Sequence record: NC_027980.1
Direction: 5' to 3' (one strand)
From: Enterobacter phage phiKDA1
Length of the DNA: 43,804 bases
The translations under genes were made by a program, and so were the position numbers. Positions 36,727 to 43,804 of this stretch are shown here, one piece after another; position 1 is the first letter of the stretch; each line of letters begins with the position of its first letter. Below the pieces are notes generated by a model. The model had not been told where the DNA came from. It did no database searches and was given only the letters and a program-made list of their open reading frames with translations.

Positions 36727-38245
36727 GGAGGTCATTATCGCCTTTTCCTGGGAAGAACTAACATACCCGGCTGGCACCACTAGCGTTAACGTGAACATTG
36801 ATTATCTGGACAAGTCCTATATTTACTTGTATCTGGATAATGTACTGACTACTGCCTATACCTGGGCCAGTGACACTGTTATTCAGTTAGACAGTGCACT
36901 GGCTGCCAGTACGAATGTGCTTATTGTGCGCCGTACTGATAAGGAGTTTCTGTACATAATGTTTGCAGAGGGTGCCGCGTTCATCCGTGAAAACATAGAT
37001 ACACAGAACACGCAGTTCCTGCATCTTGCTCAGGAGCTAACCGAGGGGCGCTCTGTTGAGGGCTTCTACGGAGACTTGAGCATGAACGGGTTCCGCATCA
37101 CCAACTTAGGTGCTGGGGTTAATCCTGGAGATGCGGTTAACAAGGGGCAGTTTGACGTAGTAGACCAGCGTGTAACTAGTCTAGAACAGACGTGGGTAAC
37201 CGCTACTACTAGCTATCCTTGGTACACTACTACTATCGCCGAGACTGATGTACTGGACCCACCCTTTAACTTCAGTAAAGCAGCCCTTTACATTATGGGC
37301 GTATGCCAGACTCCCGGTTATAGCTACGAGGTGGTAGATAACCAGATTATGTTGGCAGACCCTGTACCTGCTGGTACACACATCTTTGCCCGTCTAGGCG
37401 AGGATGTAGGTCTAGACCATAACTATGCTACCGCAGACCAGTTAGCTACCGCTATCAGCCAAGCGCAGCTTGAGCATAACACGCTACAGGCGGGTATCGA
37501 CAGTAAGGCGGCTAAGGGTGCGAACTCTGATATCACGAGCTTGAGCGGGCTTACAACGCCGCTCAGCACAGCTCAGGGTGGTACAGGTAGTGATACTGGG
37601 GTAGCACCTAAAGCAACTATTCTGGAAACTGCGCGCACCGTGCAGGTGAACTTAGCAACCACCGCCGCAGCTAGCTTTGATGGCTCTGCTAACATCTCCC
37701 CAGGTGTAACGGGGGTGCTACCAGTCGTCAACGGCGGCACAGGCGGTACTACCCCAGCAGGTGCCCGTGGTAATCTAGGAGCCGCCGCCAGCGGTTCTAA
37801 CTCTGACATTACCGCGTTAACCGCGTTGAGCGGGGGTATCACTGGCCTGACTACAGGTACTGCTGCTGCTACTGGTATCGTAGGACAAGAGCTGTCTGCG
37901 TCGTCTGGTACTGCGGTATCCCTAACGTCAGGGACGCTGACCAACATAGCGAGTATCAGCCTACCTGCTGGGGATTGGGAGTTGGAGAGTGCTCTGCGTG
38001 TAACTAACGCAGGTAACGTCACGCTCCTGAACTTTGGGGTTAGCGCTACTTCAGCTACCCTGCCTACAGATTGGTGGGACCGTTACAACATTACCACAAC
38101 TCTAGCAGCAGGTACTTCTACTCGTCAGGGTATGTCCCGCAGGGTTCTGCTCAGCACCACCACTACGCTGTACCTAGTAGCGCAGGCTACCTTCACCAGT
38201 ACTTGTACAGCAGATGGTTATATTAGAGCACGGAGGATGCGTTAA
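36698..38245 (+). CDS. Tail fiber protein (gp17-like N-terminal adaptor domain plus NSDIT-repeat region)
   Basis: The N-terminus EVIIAFSWEELTY...LIVRRTDKEFLY aligns with the T7 gp17 N-terminal domain. The internal motif xNSDITxLS occurs twice. The start is uncertain: nearest in-frame ATG is at 36698, GTG at 36692, and the track uses 36665. Confidence 0.75.
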   Translation: MLLAQASGIKEVIIAFSWEELTYPAGTTSVNVNIDYLDKSYIYLYLDNVLTTAYTWASDTVIQLDSALAASTNVLIVRRTDKEFLYIMFAEGAAFIRENIDTQNTQFLHLAQELTEGRSVEGFYGDLSMNGFRITNLGAGVNPGDAVNKGQFDVVDQRVTSLEQTWVTATTSYPWYTTTIAETDVLDPPFNFSKAALYIMGVCQTPGYSYEVVDNQIMLADPVPAGTHIFARLGEDVGLDHNYATADQLATAISQAQLEHNTLQAGIDSKAAKGANSDITSLSGLTTPLSTAQGGTGSDTGVAPKATILETARTVQVNLATTAAASFDGSANISPGVTGVLPVVNGGTGGTTPAGARGNLGAAASGSNSDITALTALSGGITGLTTGTAAATGIVGQELSASSGTAVSLTSGTLTNIASISLPAGDWELESALRVTNAGNVTLLNFGVSATSATLPTDWWDRYNITTTLAAGTSTRQGMSRRVLLSTTTTLYLVAQATFTSTCTADGYIRARRMR

Positions 38246-38544
38246 TGGCAAAGGCGGCAACCAAGAGCCGCCTCAGCGAACTTCACAGGATGTTTACTGA
38301 GGCGCTAATTAGCGAACTCAAGCAGGCGGACGCGGAGGAGATTCCTTTACCTGCTGCGGATAAATCAGTTATAGCGAAATTTCTCAAAGATAACGACATC
38401 ACGGCAGACGCAGACTCTACGGAGATGCAGGAGCTTCGGGATGAGTTTGAGGATGAACTAGCAGCTAAGCGTAAAGCCAGGGCCGAGGAACTCTTGGCTA
38501 AGGCCGGGGCAGACCCAGAGGATGATTTAGCAGGGATTATTTAA
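38245..38544 (+). CDS. Terminase small subunit (gp18-like)
   Basis: 99-aa acidic protein immediately upstream of the large terminase gene. Confidence 0.6.
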   Translation: MAKAATKSRLSELHRMFTEALISELKQADAEEIPLPAADKSVIAKFLKDNDITADADSTEMQELRDEFEDELAAKRKARAEELLAKAGADPEDDLAGII

Positions 38545-38545
38545 G

Positions 38546-40396
38546 ATGATAAGTCAAACTACACTGAGCAGACTCAAGCTCATCAGTGCCCGTACAACGG
38601 TAATGAATGATAGCCCAAGGACTATCCCGAAGGACCAGCGTGAGGAAGTAGCGCTGATGATGGCTGTGACTCTGAAGGATTTCCGAGAGTTCGCATATTT
38701 AGGTATGAAATTCCTCGGATTTAACCTTACGGAGATGCAAGCCGATATAGCAGAGTTTATGCAGAAAGGCCCGCGCAAGCGCATGGTCGCTGCTCAGCGT
38801 GGTGAGGCTAAGTCTACCCTGGCTGCACTGTACGCAGTGTGGCGTCTGATACAGGACCAGAGCTGTCGTATCCTGATTGTATCCGGTGGTGAGAAGCAGG
38901 CGTCTGAAGTAGCTACGCTGGTCATTCGTATGATTGAGACGTGGCCTTTGCTGTGCTACCTCAAGGCCGACCCGGCTCGTGGGGACCGTACCTCTTATGA
39001 GGGCTATGACGTGCACTGCGACCTGAAGCCTCTGGATAAGTCCGCTAGCATTGCGTGCGTAGGTATTACTGCGCAGTTGCAGGGTAAGCGTGCGGACCTG
39101 CTTATCCCGGATGATATTGAGACTACGAAGAACGGCCTGACCCAGACGATGCGTGAGCAGTTGCTCATGATATCCAAGGACTTCGCCGCTATCTGTACGC
39201 ACGGGGATACGCTGTATCTGGGGACACCTCAGACTAAGGATAGTATCTACAAGACCCTGCCTGGGCGTGGCTTTGAAGTACGCGTATGGCCCGGTCGCAT
39301 ACCAAACGAGGAGATGCAGGAACGTTATGGCGATACACTTGCTCCTTATATCTGTGAGCTTATTGAGCGCGGGTATAAACGTACCGGATTCGGATTAGAT
39401 GGAACTTTAGGAGAATGCGCAGACAAGGGGCGCTACGATGAGGATGCGCTGATTGAGAAGGAACTGGACTTCGGTCCAGAAGGCTTCCAGTTGCAGTACA
39501 TGCTCGACACTACTATGTCTGATGCAATGAGAACAAGGATTAAGCTCAGCGATTGCATGGTCTACTCAGGTTCTCATGACGCAGCACCGGACCGTCTAAG
39601 CTACATTGCGGACAAGCGCTACCTCTACACAGAGGAACACGAGGGTATCCGTGGGCAGTTGCTGTACCAGCCAGCTAGCTACGGCGAGCTGATGCTTCCG
39701 TATCAGCACAAGCTCATGGTGATAGACCCAGCGGGTTGTGGTGGGGATGAGGTCTCCTACGCGGCGGGTGGGGCAGCGAACTCGTACTTGCACCTGTTCT
39801 CTGTGGGCGGGTTCCAGGGCGGTATCAGCACTGAGAATATCGACAAGCTCATCGACCTGGCTATTGAGCTAGGTATCTCGGACTTGTTCATTGAGAGCAA
39901 TATGGGGCATGGTACAGTAGAGATGCTGTTCATGAACCGACTACGTGAGCGTAAGATTCCCGGTATCGGCGTTAGAGGGGGCTACAACACCTCACAGAAG
40001 GAGAAGCGTATCATTGATACTATCTCCCCAGTGACTCGTCGACATCGCCTTGTAGTGCATTCTAGAGCGCTTACAGACGACATTCAGAGCTGCATGGCCT
40101 ATAGCCGTGACAAGCGCTGGTTGTACAGCGCGTTCCAGCAGCTCCAAAGCATCACCTACGACCGTGGTAGCTTAGCAAAGGACGACCGTGCCGATGCCGT
40201 AGCTATGCTAGTAGCAGAACTCAACGGCTTCCTGGTTGAGGATGAGAAGGTTACTGCTGAGAAAGAGCAGCAGAAGCAAGCTCAGAAGTTCATGGATAAC
40301 CCTATGGACTGGAAGCAAAGCATGGTTGCCCCGCGCAGCCGTGGTACTCAGGCACGGCTGGACCGTGGCTTAACTAAACGGAGAGGAAGACGCTAA
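38546..40396 (+). CDS. Terminase large subunit (gp19-like)
   Basis: 616 aa. Size and position match T7 gp19. ATPase-like segments are visible in the N-terminal half. Confidence 0.8.
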   Translation: MISQTTLSRLKLISARTTVMNDSPRTIPKDQREEVALMMAVTLKDFREFAYLGMKFLGFNLTEMQADIAEFMQKGPRKRMVAAQRGEAKSTLAALYAVWRLIQDQSCRILIVSGGEKQASEVATLVIRMIETWPLLCYLKADPARGDRTSYEGYDVHCDLKPLDKSASIACVGITAQLQGKRADLLIPDDIETTKNGLTQTMREQLLMISKDFAAICTHGDTLYLGTPQTKDSIYKTLPGRGFEVRVWPGRIPNEEMQERYGDTLAPYICELIERGYKRTGFGLDGTLGECADKGRYDEDALIEKELDFGPEGFQLQYMLDTTMSDAMRTRIKLSDCMVYSGSHDAAPDRLSYIADKRYLYTEEHEGIRGQLLYQPASYGELMLPYQHKLMVIDPAGCGGDEVSYAAGGAANSYLHLFSVGGFQGGISTENIDKLIDLAIELGISDLFIESNMGHGTVEMLFMNRLRERKIPGIGVRGGYNTSQKEKRIIDTISPVTRRHRLVVHSRALTDDIQSCMAYSRDKRWLYSAFQQLQSITYDRGSLAKDDRADAVAMLVAELNGFLVEDEKVTAEKEQQKQAQKFMDNPMDWKQSMVAPRSRGTQARLDRGLTKRRGRR

Positions 40397-40683
40397 TGCC
40401 ATTTGCATCAGCTACACTAGCGCAGCGCCAAGCTGTGCGAGACGCGAGCATTAACTGCAACAAAGCCATTGAACTGGCGCACGACACTGGGCCGTTGAAT
40501 ACACTAGGCCCTGTAGTAGATACGAAGGCGGCTGCATTAGTAGCAGCGCTTAGTGCAGCAGGTACTGGGACTGGTGGGGACTTTGCTATCGTTACTGATG
40601 GACAAACCGCTACTGCTTCCGGTACTGGGACTACGGCAACCTTCACCGTGACTGACGGTGTTGTTACTGTTACACTATCTTAA
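40396..40683 (+). CDS. Hypothetical protein, 95 aa, Gly/Thr-rich C-terminal half
   Basis: ORF with an ATGA-type overlap onto the terminase stop. Confidence 0.5.
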   Translation: MPFASATLAQRQAVRDASINCNKAIELAHDTGPLNTLGPVVDTKAAALVAALSAAGTGTGGDFAIVTDGQTATASGTGTTATFTVTDGVVTVTLS

Positions 40684-40693
40684 GGAGAATTAA

Positions 40694-40882
40694 ATGGCAA
40701 TTGCAGCACAAACTGAAGCAGTACAGCAGGAGCTTCTGCGCCAGCTCAACATCGTAGCCAAGGCTATGTATCAGTTGAAGACGCAGCCACAATCTGTGGC
40801 ATCCAGTGGTCCTGCGTTCGATACGCTCATGACCCCAGCCCTGGCGGCTATTAAAGCCGCTGGCTATACTCTGCCTGCATAA
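40694..40882 (+). CDS. Hypothetical protein, 62 aa
   Basis: ORF with an AAGGAG SD. Confidence 0.5.
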   Translation: MAIAAQTEAVQQELLRQLNIVAKAMYQLKTQPQSVASSGPAFDTLMTPALAAIKAAGYTLPA

Positions 40883-41295
40883 TGCGTAACCTGGTCGCTG
40901 GGTTACTGCTGGCAGTGATGCTCTCTGGTTGCTCAGCGACCTCTGCCCTGACTGGACTCATCGGCTCTAAGCCGGATGTGTCTGCTCAGGTAGGGGCCGA
41001 GAACACCAAGCAAACTGTAGGCCTCAATAACAAGGTGGACACCAGCACCACCAATAAAACAGATATTCAAGATTCTACTGTAGGCGCTCTGGATACATCA
41101 AGTAAAAAGCAAGTTCAGACTATCAGTACCGGGACTATTACTGCTGATAAACTACAGGTAGTTAATAATGACAGCAGCAGCTTAATTTTAGCAGCAGCAG
41201 TAGGCGCAGCTATCCCGATTCTGATTCTGGTGATTGTGCTACTGTTCCGCAGATTCTCTCGCGGTAAGGATAAGGTTGATGATTCGACTCTCTGA
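40882..41295 (+). CDS. Candidate unimolecular spanin (u-spanin): N-terminal lipoprotein signal plus C-terminal transmembrane helix
   Basis: N-terminus MRNLVAGLLLAVMLSGCSAT carries the lipobox LSGC. C-terminus has the transmembrane segment LILAAAVGAAIPILILVIVLLF followed by basic residues. Same topology as the T1 gp11 u-spanin. Lies directly upstream of the holin and endolysin. Confidence 0.55.
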   Translation: MRNLVAGLLLAVMLSGCSATSALTGLIGSKPDVSAQVGAENTKQTVGLNNKVDTSTTNKTDIQDSTVGALDTSSKKQVQTISTGTITADKLQVVNNDSSSLILAAAVGAAIPILILVIVLLFRRFSRGKDKVDDSTL

Positions 41296-41527
41296 TGTAC
41301 CTGCTGACCTGGCTACCCGAGCGGGAGTAATGGCTACGGGCGTAGCTACTAGCGGCGGTTGGTTAGCAGAGGTTATGTCCTGGAACTGGAGTGCTATTAG
41401 TTTCATCACTGCAACTATATGCGCTATTCTTACCGCTGCATGGAATGCTTATATAGGGCACAAGCGCCTGAAGCTACAGGAAGAAGCTGTACGAAAAGGT
41501 ATACCATTCTATGAGCTTAAGAAATAA
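41279..41527 (+). CDS. Holin (pinholin-like, two hydrophobic segments)
   Basis: 82 aa. Hydrophobic segments AGVMATGVATSGGWLAEV and WSAISFITATICAILTAAW, followed by a charged C-terminus. The start is taken at the internal ATG 41279, not the track start 41234. The gene overlaps the endolysin start. Confidence 0.5.
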   Translation: MIRLSDVPADLATRAGVMATGVATSGGWLAEVMSWNWSAISFITATICAILTAAWNAYIGHKRLKLQEEAVRKGIPFYELKK

Positions 41528-42053
41528 GGTTGTGGGTGCCCTTGCCGGGGCATCTCTCTTGGGTGGCGGTATCACTGCCGTTATCCAGAACAATGAGGGC
41601 TACAGCAGCACTGCTTACCGAGATAGTGCTGGAGTCCCCACTATCTGCTACGGTGAAACTAAGGGTGTGCAGATGGGCCAGAAACGCTCCCTGAGCGATT
41701 GTCAGAAGCAACTGATACAATCAGCAGGGGAGCACGCTAAAGCGCTTGTAGGGCTTCCTGAGAGCCTTCCTGATGTGGTTCTGCTAGGCAGTCTAGATAT
41801 GGCCTACAACGTAGGTATCTATGGCTTCAGCAACAGCACCGCTAAGCGCAAGCTCATGCAAGGTGATTACCGCGCTGCGGGTCAAGCCGTGCTGCAATGG
41901 AAGTACATTACCTTGAATGGCAAGAAGTATGATTGCAGCATCAAAGGGAACAAGGTCTGCTATGGCTTATGGAAACGCCGCTTATGGCAGAGCAAGGCTA
42001 TTGGTAATGAGTTTAAATCTGTGCAGGAGGCTGTAGCAGCCCTGCCTAAGTAA
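41511..42053 (+). CDS. SAR endolysin (GH24 T4-lysozyme family)
   Basis: Catalytic E-8-D-5-T triad in NEGYSSTAYRDSAGVPT. N-terminal Gly/Ala-rich weakly hydrophobic SAR segment VVGALAGASLLGGGITAVI. Confidence 0.85.
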   Translation: MSLRNKVVGALAGASLLGGGITAVIQNNEGYSSTAYRDSAGVPTICYGETKGVQMGQKRSLSDCQKQLIQSAGEHAKALVGLPESLPDVVLLGSLDMAYNVGIYGFSNSTAKRKLMQGDYRAAGQAVLQWKYITLNGKKYDCSIKGNKVCYGLWKRRLWQSKAIGNEFKSVQEAVAALPK

Positions 42054-42063
42054 GGAGTAGAAG

Positions 42064-43446
42064 ATGGCGTTGGTACGTAATATTCAAGTACAACTAGATG
42101 CTTCAGAGATAGATTATAAGTTAAGGGCTGTAGCGGGTGCAGTAAGTCGCACAGTGCAGGACAAGCTTGATGATTTTGTTAGTGTGCTGGACTTCGGAGC
42201 TAAGGGTGACGGAGTTACTGACGATTCTGAAGCATTTCGCAAGGCGGGGGCTACTGGTAAGAAAGTGTTTATCCCTGATGTGTCAGGTAATGGTTCTGGA
42301 TGTATTTACAAAGTAAAAAATGTATATATCAAAAAACCCCTACTTTTCGGAGAGCACATTGGCGTTGAGATACAACCGGTTGCCGCTGGCGATGAAATGT
42401 TTTATTTCGGAGACCCCGACCAGCCATCCACCTACATCATTAATGGCGCGAGGATAGAAAACCTCACCTTTTCATGCCCAGCAGCGAATGATGGAGAGTA
42501 TCCTATAGCCGTACGCTGCCGTCAACAGCAGCAAATGGAAGTATTCGGATGCACATTCTACCGATTAACATTTGAGCTTATAGACTACAGATATGTCACC
42601 TTTAGGAAAATTCGTGGAATAGGTTCAATGTTCTATTCAAACAGGACTCAACCAAATGGTGTTGACTGGGCAGACGCATTAGTTATCTCGGACAGTTTTA
42701 TCGCCTATACTTCCCGCATCGAGGTCCGCAACTCAGTAGGATTTCAAATGCGAAATACCTATTGCGCAAATCCGACATCTACTCCATGCTTGCTATTGGG
42801 ATATGACGATTGGGCAAAACCGAGCCATGGGACGTGCGAACTGACTGACGTAACAATTGAAGGTGTTACGTCACTCAACAATTGCAACCTTTTTGTTTTT
42901 ATTGTAAACGGTCATATGGGTGCATTCCAGGGGCATGGCTTAACACTTAGGGATTGCTTCTCTGTTAATTGCGTAAATACCGAGTTCCATTACAGTAGAG
43001 ACTTCGGTGTATACATGAATGCCTGTAAAAAATCATCATTCACTAATACTCGGTTTACAAACAACGGTGAGGGCGGTATCAGGATTGGTGGTGATACACA
43101 GTACGTTGCATTCGCTGGCTGCCTGTTTGGGGAGGGGGGGATTGCTAATGATGGCCCAACTCAAAAACGGGGCATTAACATTGAGGATACTAGTGGTGGC
43201 GTGACGGTGTTGTCTTCTGTATTCGATGGAAACAGCGAAGTTAATATAGGTGGAGACTCAAGTAAGTACAGGGCGCTGGCATGTCAAGGGGTTCCTGATA
43301 CTGTAATTGTTAGTGGTGGTGCAACATCAGAAAGACCCGCATCTCCAAAAGCAGGGCAACAATTTTATGATGCGAGCTTAGGAATGCCAATCTACTGGAA
43401 CAGTGTAACGAATACATGGAAGAACGCCGTAGGTGCCAATGTCTAA
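42064..43446 (+). CDS. Right-handed beta-helix tailspike / depolymerase-like protein (pectate-lyase superfamily)
   Basis: Motif VSVLDFGAKGDGVTDDSEAF at residues 40-60. 460 aa. Visibly lower GC than the rest of the genome. Last gene before the right DTR. Confidence 0.7.
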   Translation: MALVRNIQVQLDASEIDYKLRAVAGAVSRTVQDKLDDFVSVLDFGAKGDGVTDDSEAFRKAGATGKKVFIPDVSGNGSGCIYKVKNVYIKKPLLFGEHIGVEIQPVAAGDEMFYFGDPDQPSTYIINGARIENLTFSCPAANDGEYPIAVRCRQQQQMEVFGCTFYRLTFELIDYRYVTFRKIRGIGSMFYSNRTQPNGVDWADALVISDSFIAYTSRIEVRNSVGFQMRNTYCANPTSTPCLLLGYDDWAKPSHGTCELTDVTIEGVTSLNNCNLFVFIVNGHMGAFQGHGLTLRDCFSVNCVNTEFHYSRDFGVYMNACKKSSFTNTRFTNNGEGGIRIGGDTQYVAFAGCLFGEGGIANDGPTQKRGINIEDTSGGVTVLSSVFDGNSEVNIGGDSSKYRALACQGVPDTVIVSGGATSERPASPKAGQQFYDASLGMPIYWNSVTNTWKNAVGANV

Positions 43447-43537
43447 TCAGAGACAGTCAATCACGGTGCAGGAGTCTTACTGAGGGGTGCTCGTGTAAAC
43501 CTGTTAGCTAAAAATGTTATACTTACGCGAACCCCTC

Positions 43538-43804
43538 CCTCACCCTCAACGCCCCTCGTTTCCCCCATAGGGGGTGCCTCAGCCATAACTAAGGCCGGGG
43601 CGGGGTGGGGGCCTGTGCCTGCGTAGGGATAACCTGGGGCCTCTACGAGGCTCTGGGAGCTTCTCTAAGCGCTTCTACCGGATAGCCAATGGGATAGCAT
43701 AGGGATAGCCCTGCGATAGCTATGAGGATGGCTTAGCGTGGCTCTGTGTAGCGCTGGGGTGATAGCTCTGGGCTGTGCTTAGTACGGCGTGGAGGTGGGC
43801 GCAG
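43538..43804. repeat. Right direct terminal repeat
   Basis: Identical to 1-267. A possible longer extent cannot be seen because the window ends here. Confidence 0.9.

Noticed and set aside
1-43804. Prophage or temperate-phage interpretation. I searched for integrase, repressor, attachment sites, tRNA genes and CRISPR arrays.
   Set aside because: No integrase-like or repressor-like ORF, no tRNA-like structure and no spacer-repeat array found. The exact terminal repeats and uniform T7-like organisation indicate a virion-form lytic genome.

Overview
The window appears to be a complete, linear T7-supergroup (Autographiviridae) phage genome of about 43.8 kb. A direct terminal repeat of at least 267 bp is present at both ends (1-267 matches 43538-43804 exactly). 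All credible genes are on the + strand. I found no tRNA, CRISPR array, integrase or att-like features, so this looks like a lytic phage and not a prophage fragment.

The gene order is phiKMV/KP34-like rather than T7-like proper:
- 1-500: non-coding left end carrying an array of GGATAGC heptamers.
- About 0.5-6 kb: roughly 20 small ORFan early genes, many translationally coupled through ATGA overlaps.
- 6-17 kb: DNA-metabolism block. It holds a separate zinc-finger/TOPRIM primase and a DnaB-like helicase, a family A DNA polymerase, a metallophosphoesterase, a 5'-3' exonuclease, an endonuclease VII-like resolvase and a DUF3310 protein.
- 17.5-20.7 kb: a compact C5-methyltransferase-like protein, then the single-subunit RNA polymerase placed directly upstream of the structural genes.
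- 21-38 kb: structural module, comprising portal, scaffold, capsid, a strong terminator, tail tubular A and B, three internal virion proteins and the tail fiber.
- 38-43.4 kb: terminase small and large subunits, then a lysis cassette in the order candidate u-spanin, pinholin-like protein, SAR endolysin (GH24 type, E-8-D-5-T catalytic motif).
- 42.06-43.45 kb: a visibly AT-richer beta-helix tailspike/depolymerase-like gene just before the right terminal repeat.

Four HNH-AP2 homing-endonuclease genes sit at boundaries of essential genes. One of them masks the start of the tail-fiber gene.

The features most worth a second look are:
- the 14-mer ATAGAGGTTGCACG, present three times at T7-promoter-like positions;
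- a duplicated 29-bp leader on the first two genes, with an inverted orphan copy after the helicase gene;
- the 12-mer CTGCATCTGCAC, present three times in the gaps with weakest coding support;
- the compact methyltransferase-like protein;
- a low-GC GNAT-like gene between the RNA polymerase and the portal;
- the u-spanin/pinholin/SAR-endolysin cassette;
- the terminal depolymerase module.

All functional calls come from motif recognition by eye and synteny with the T7 and phiKMV families. No database search was possible.
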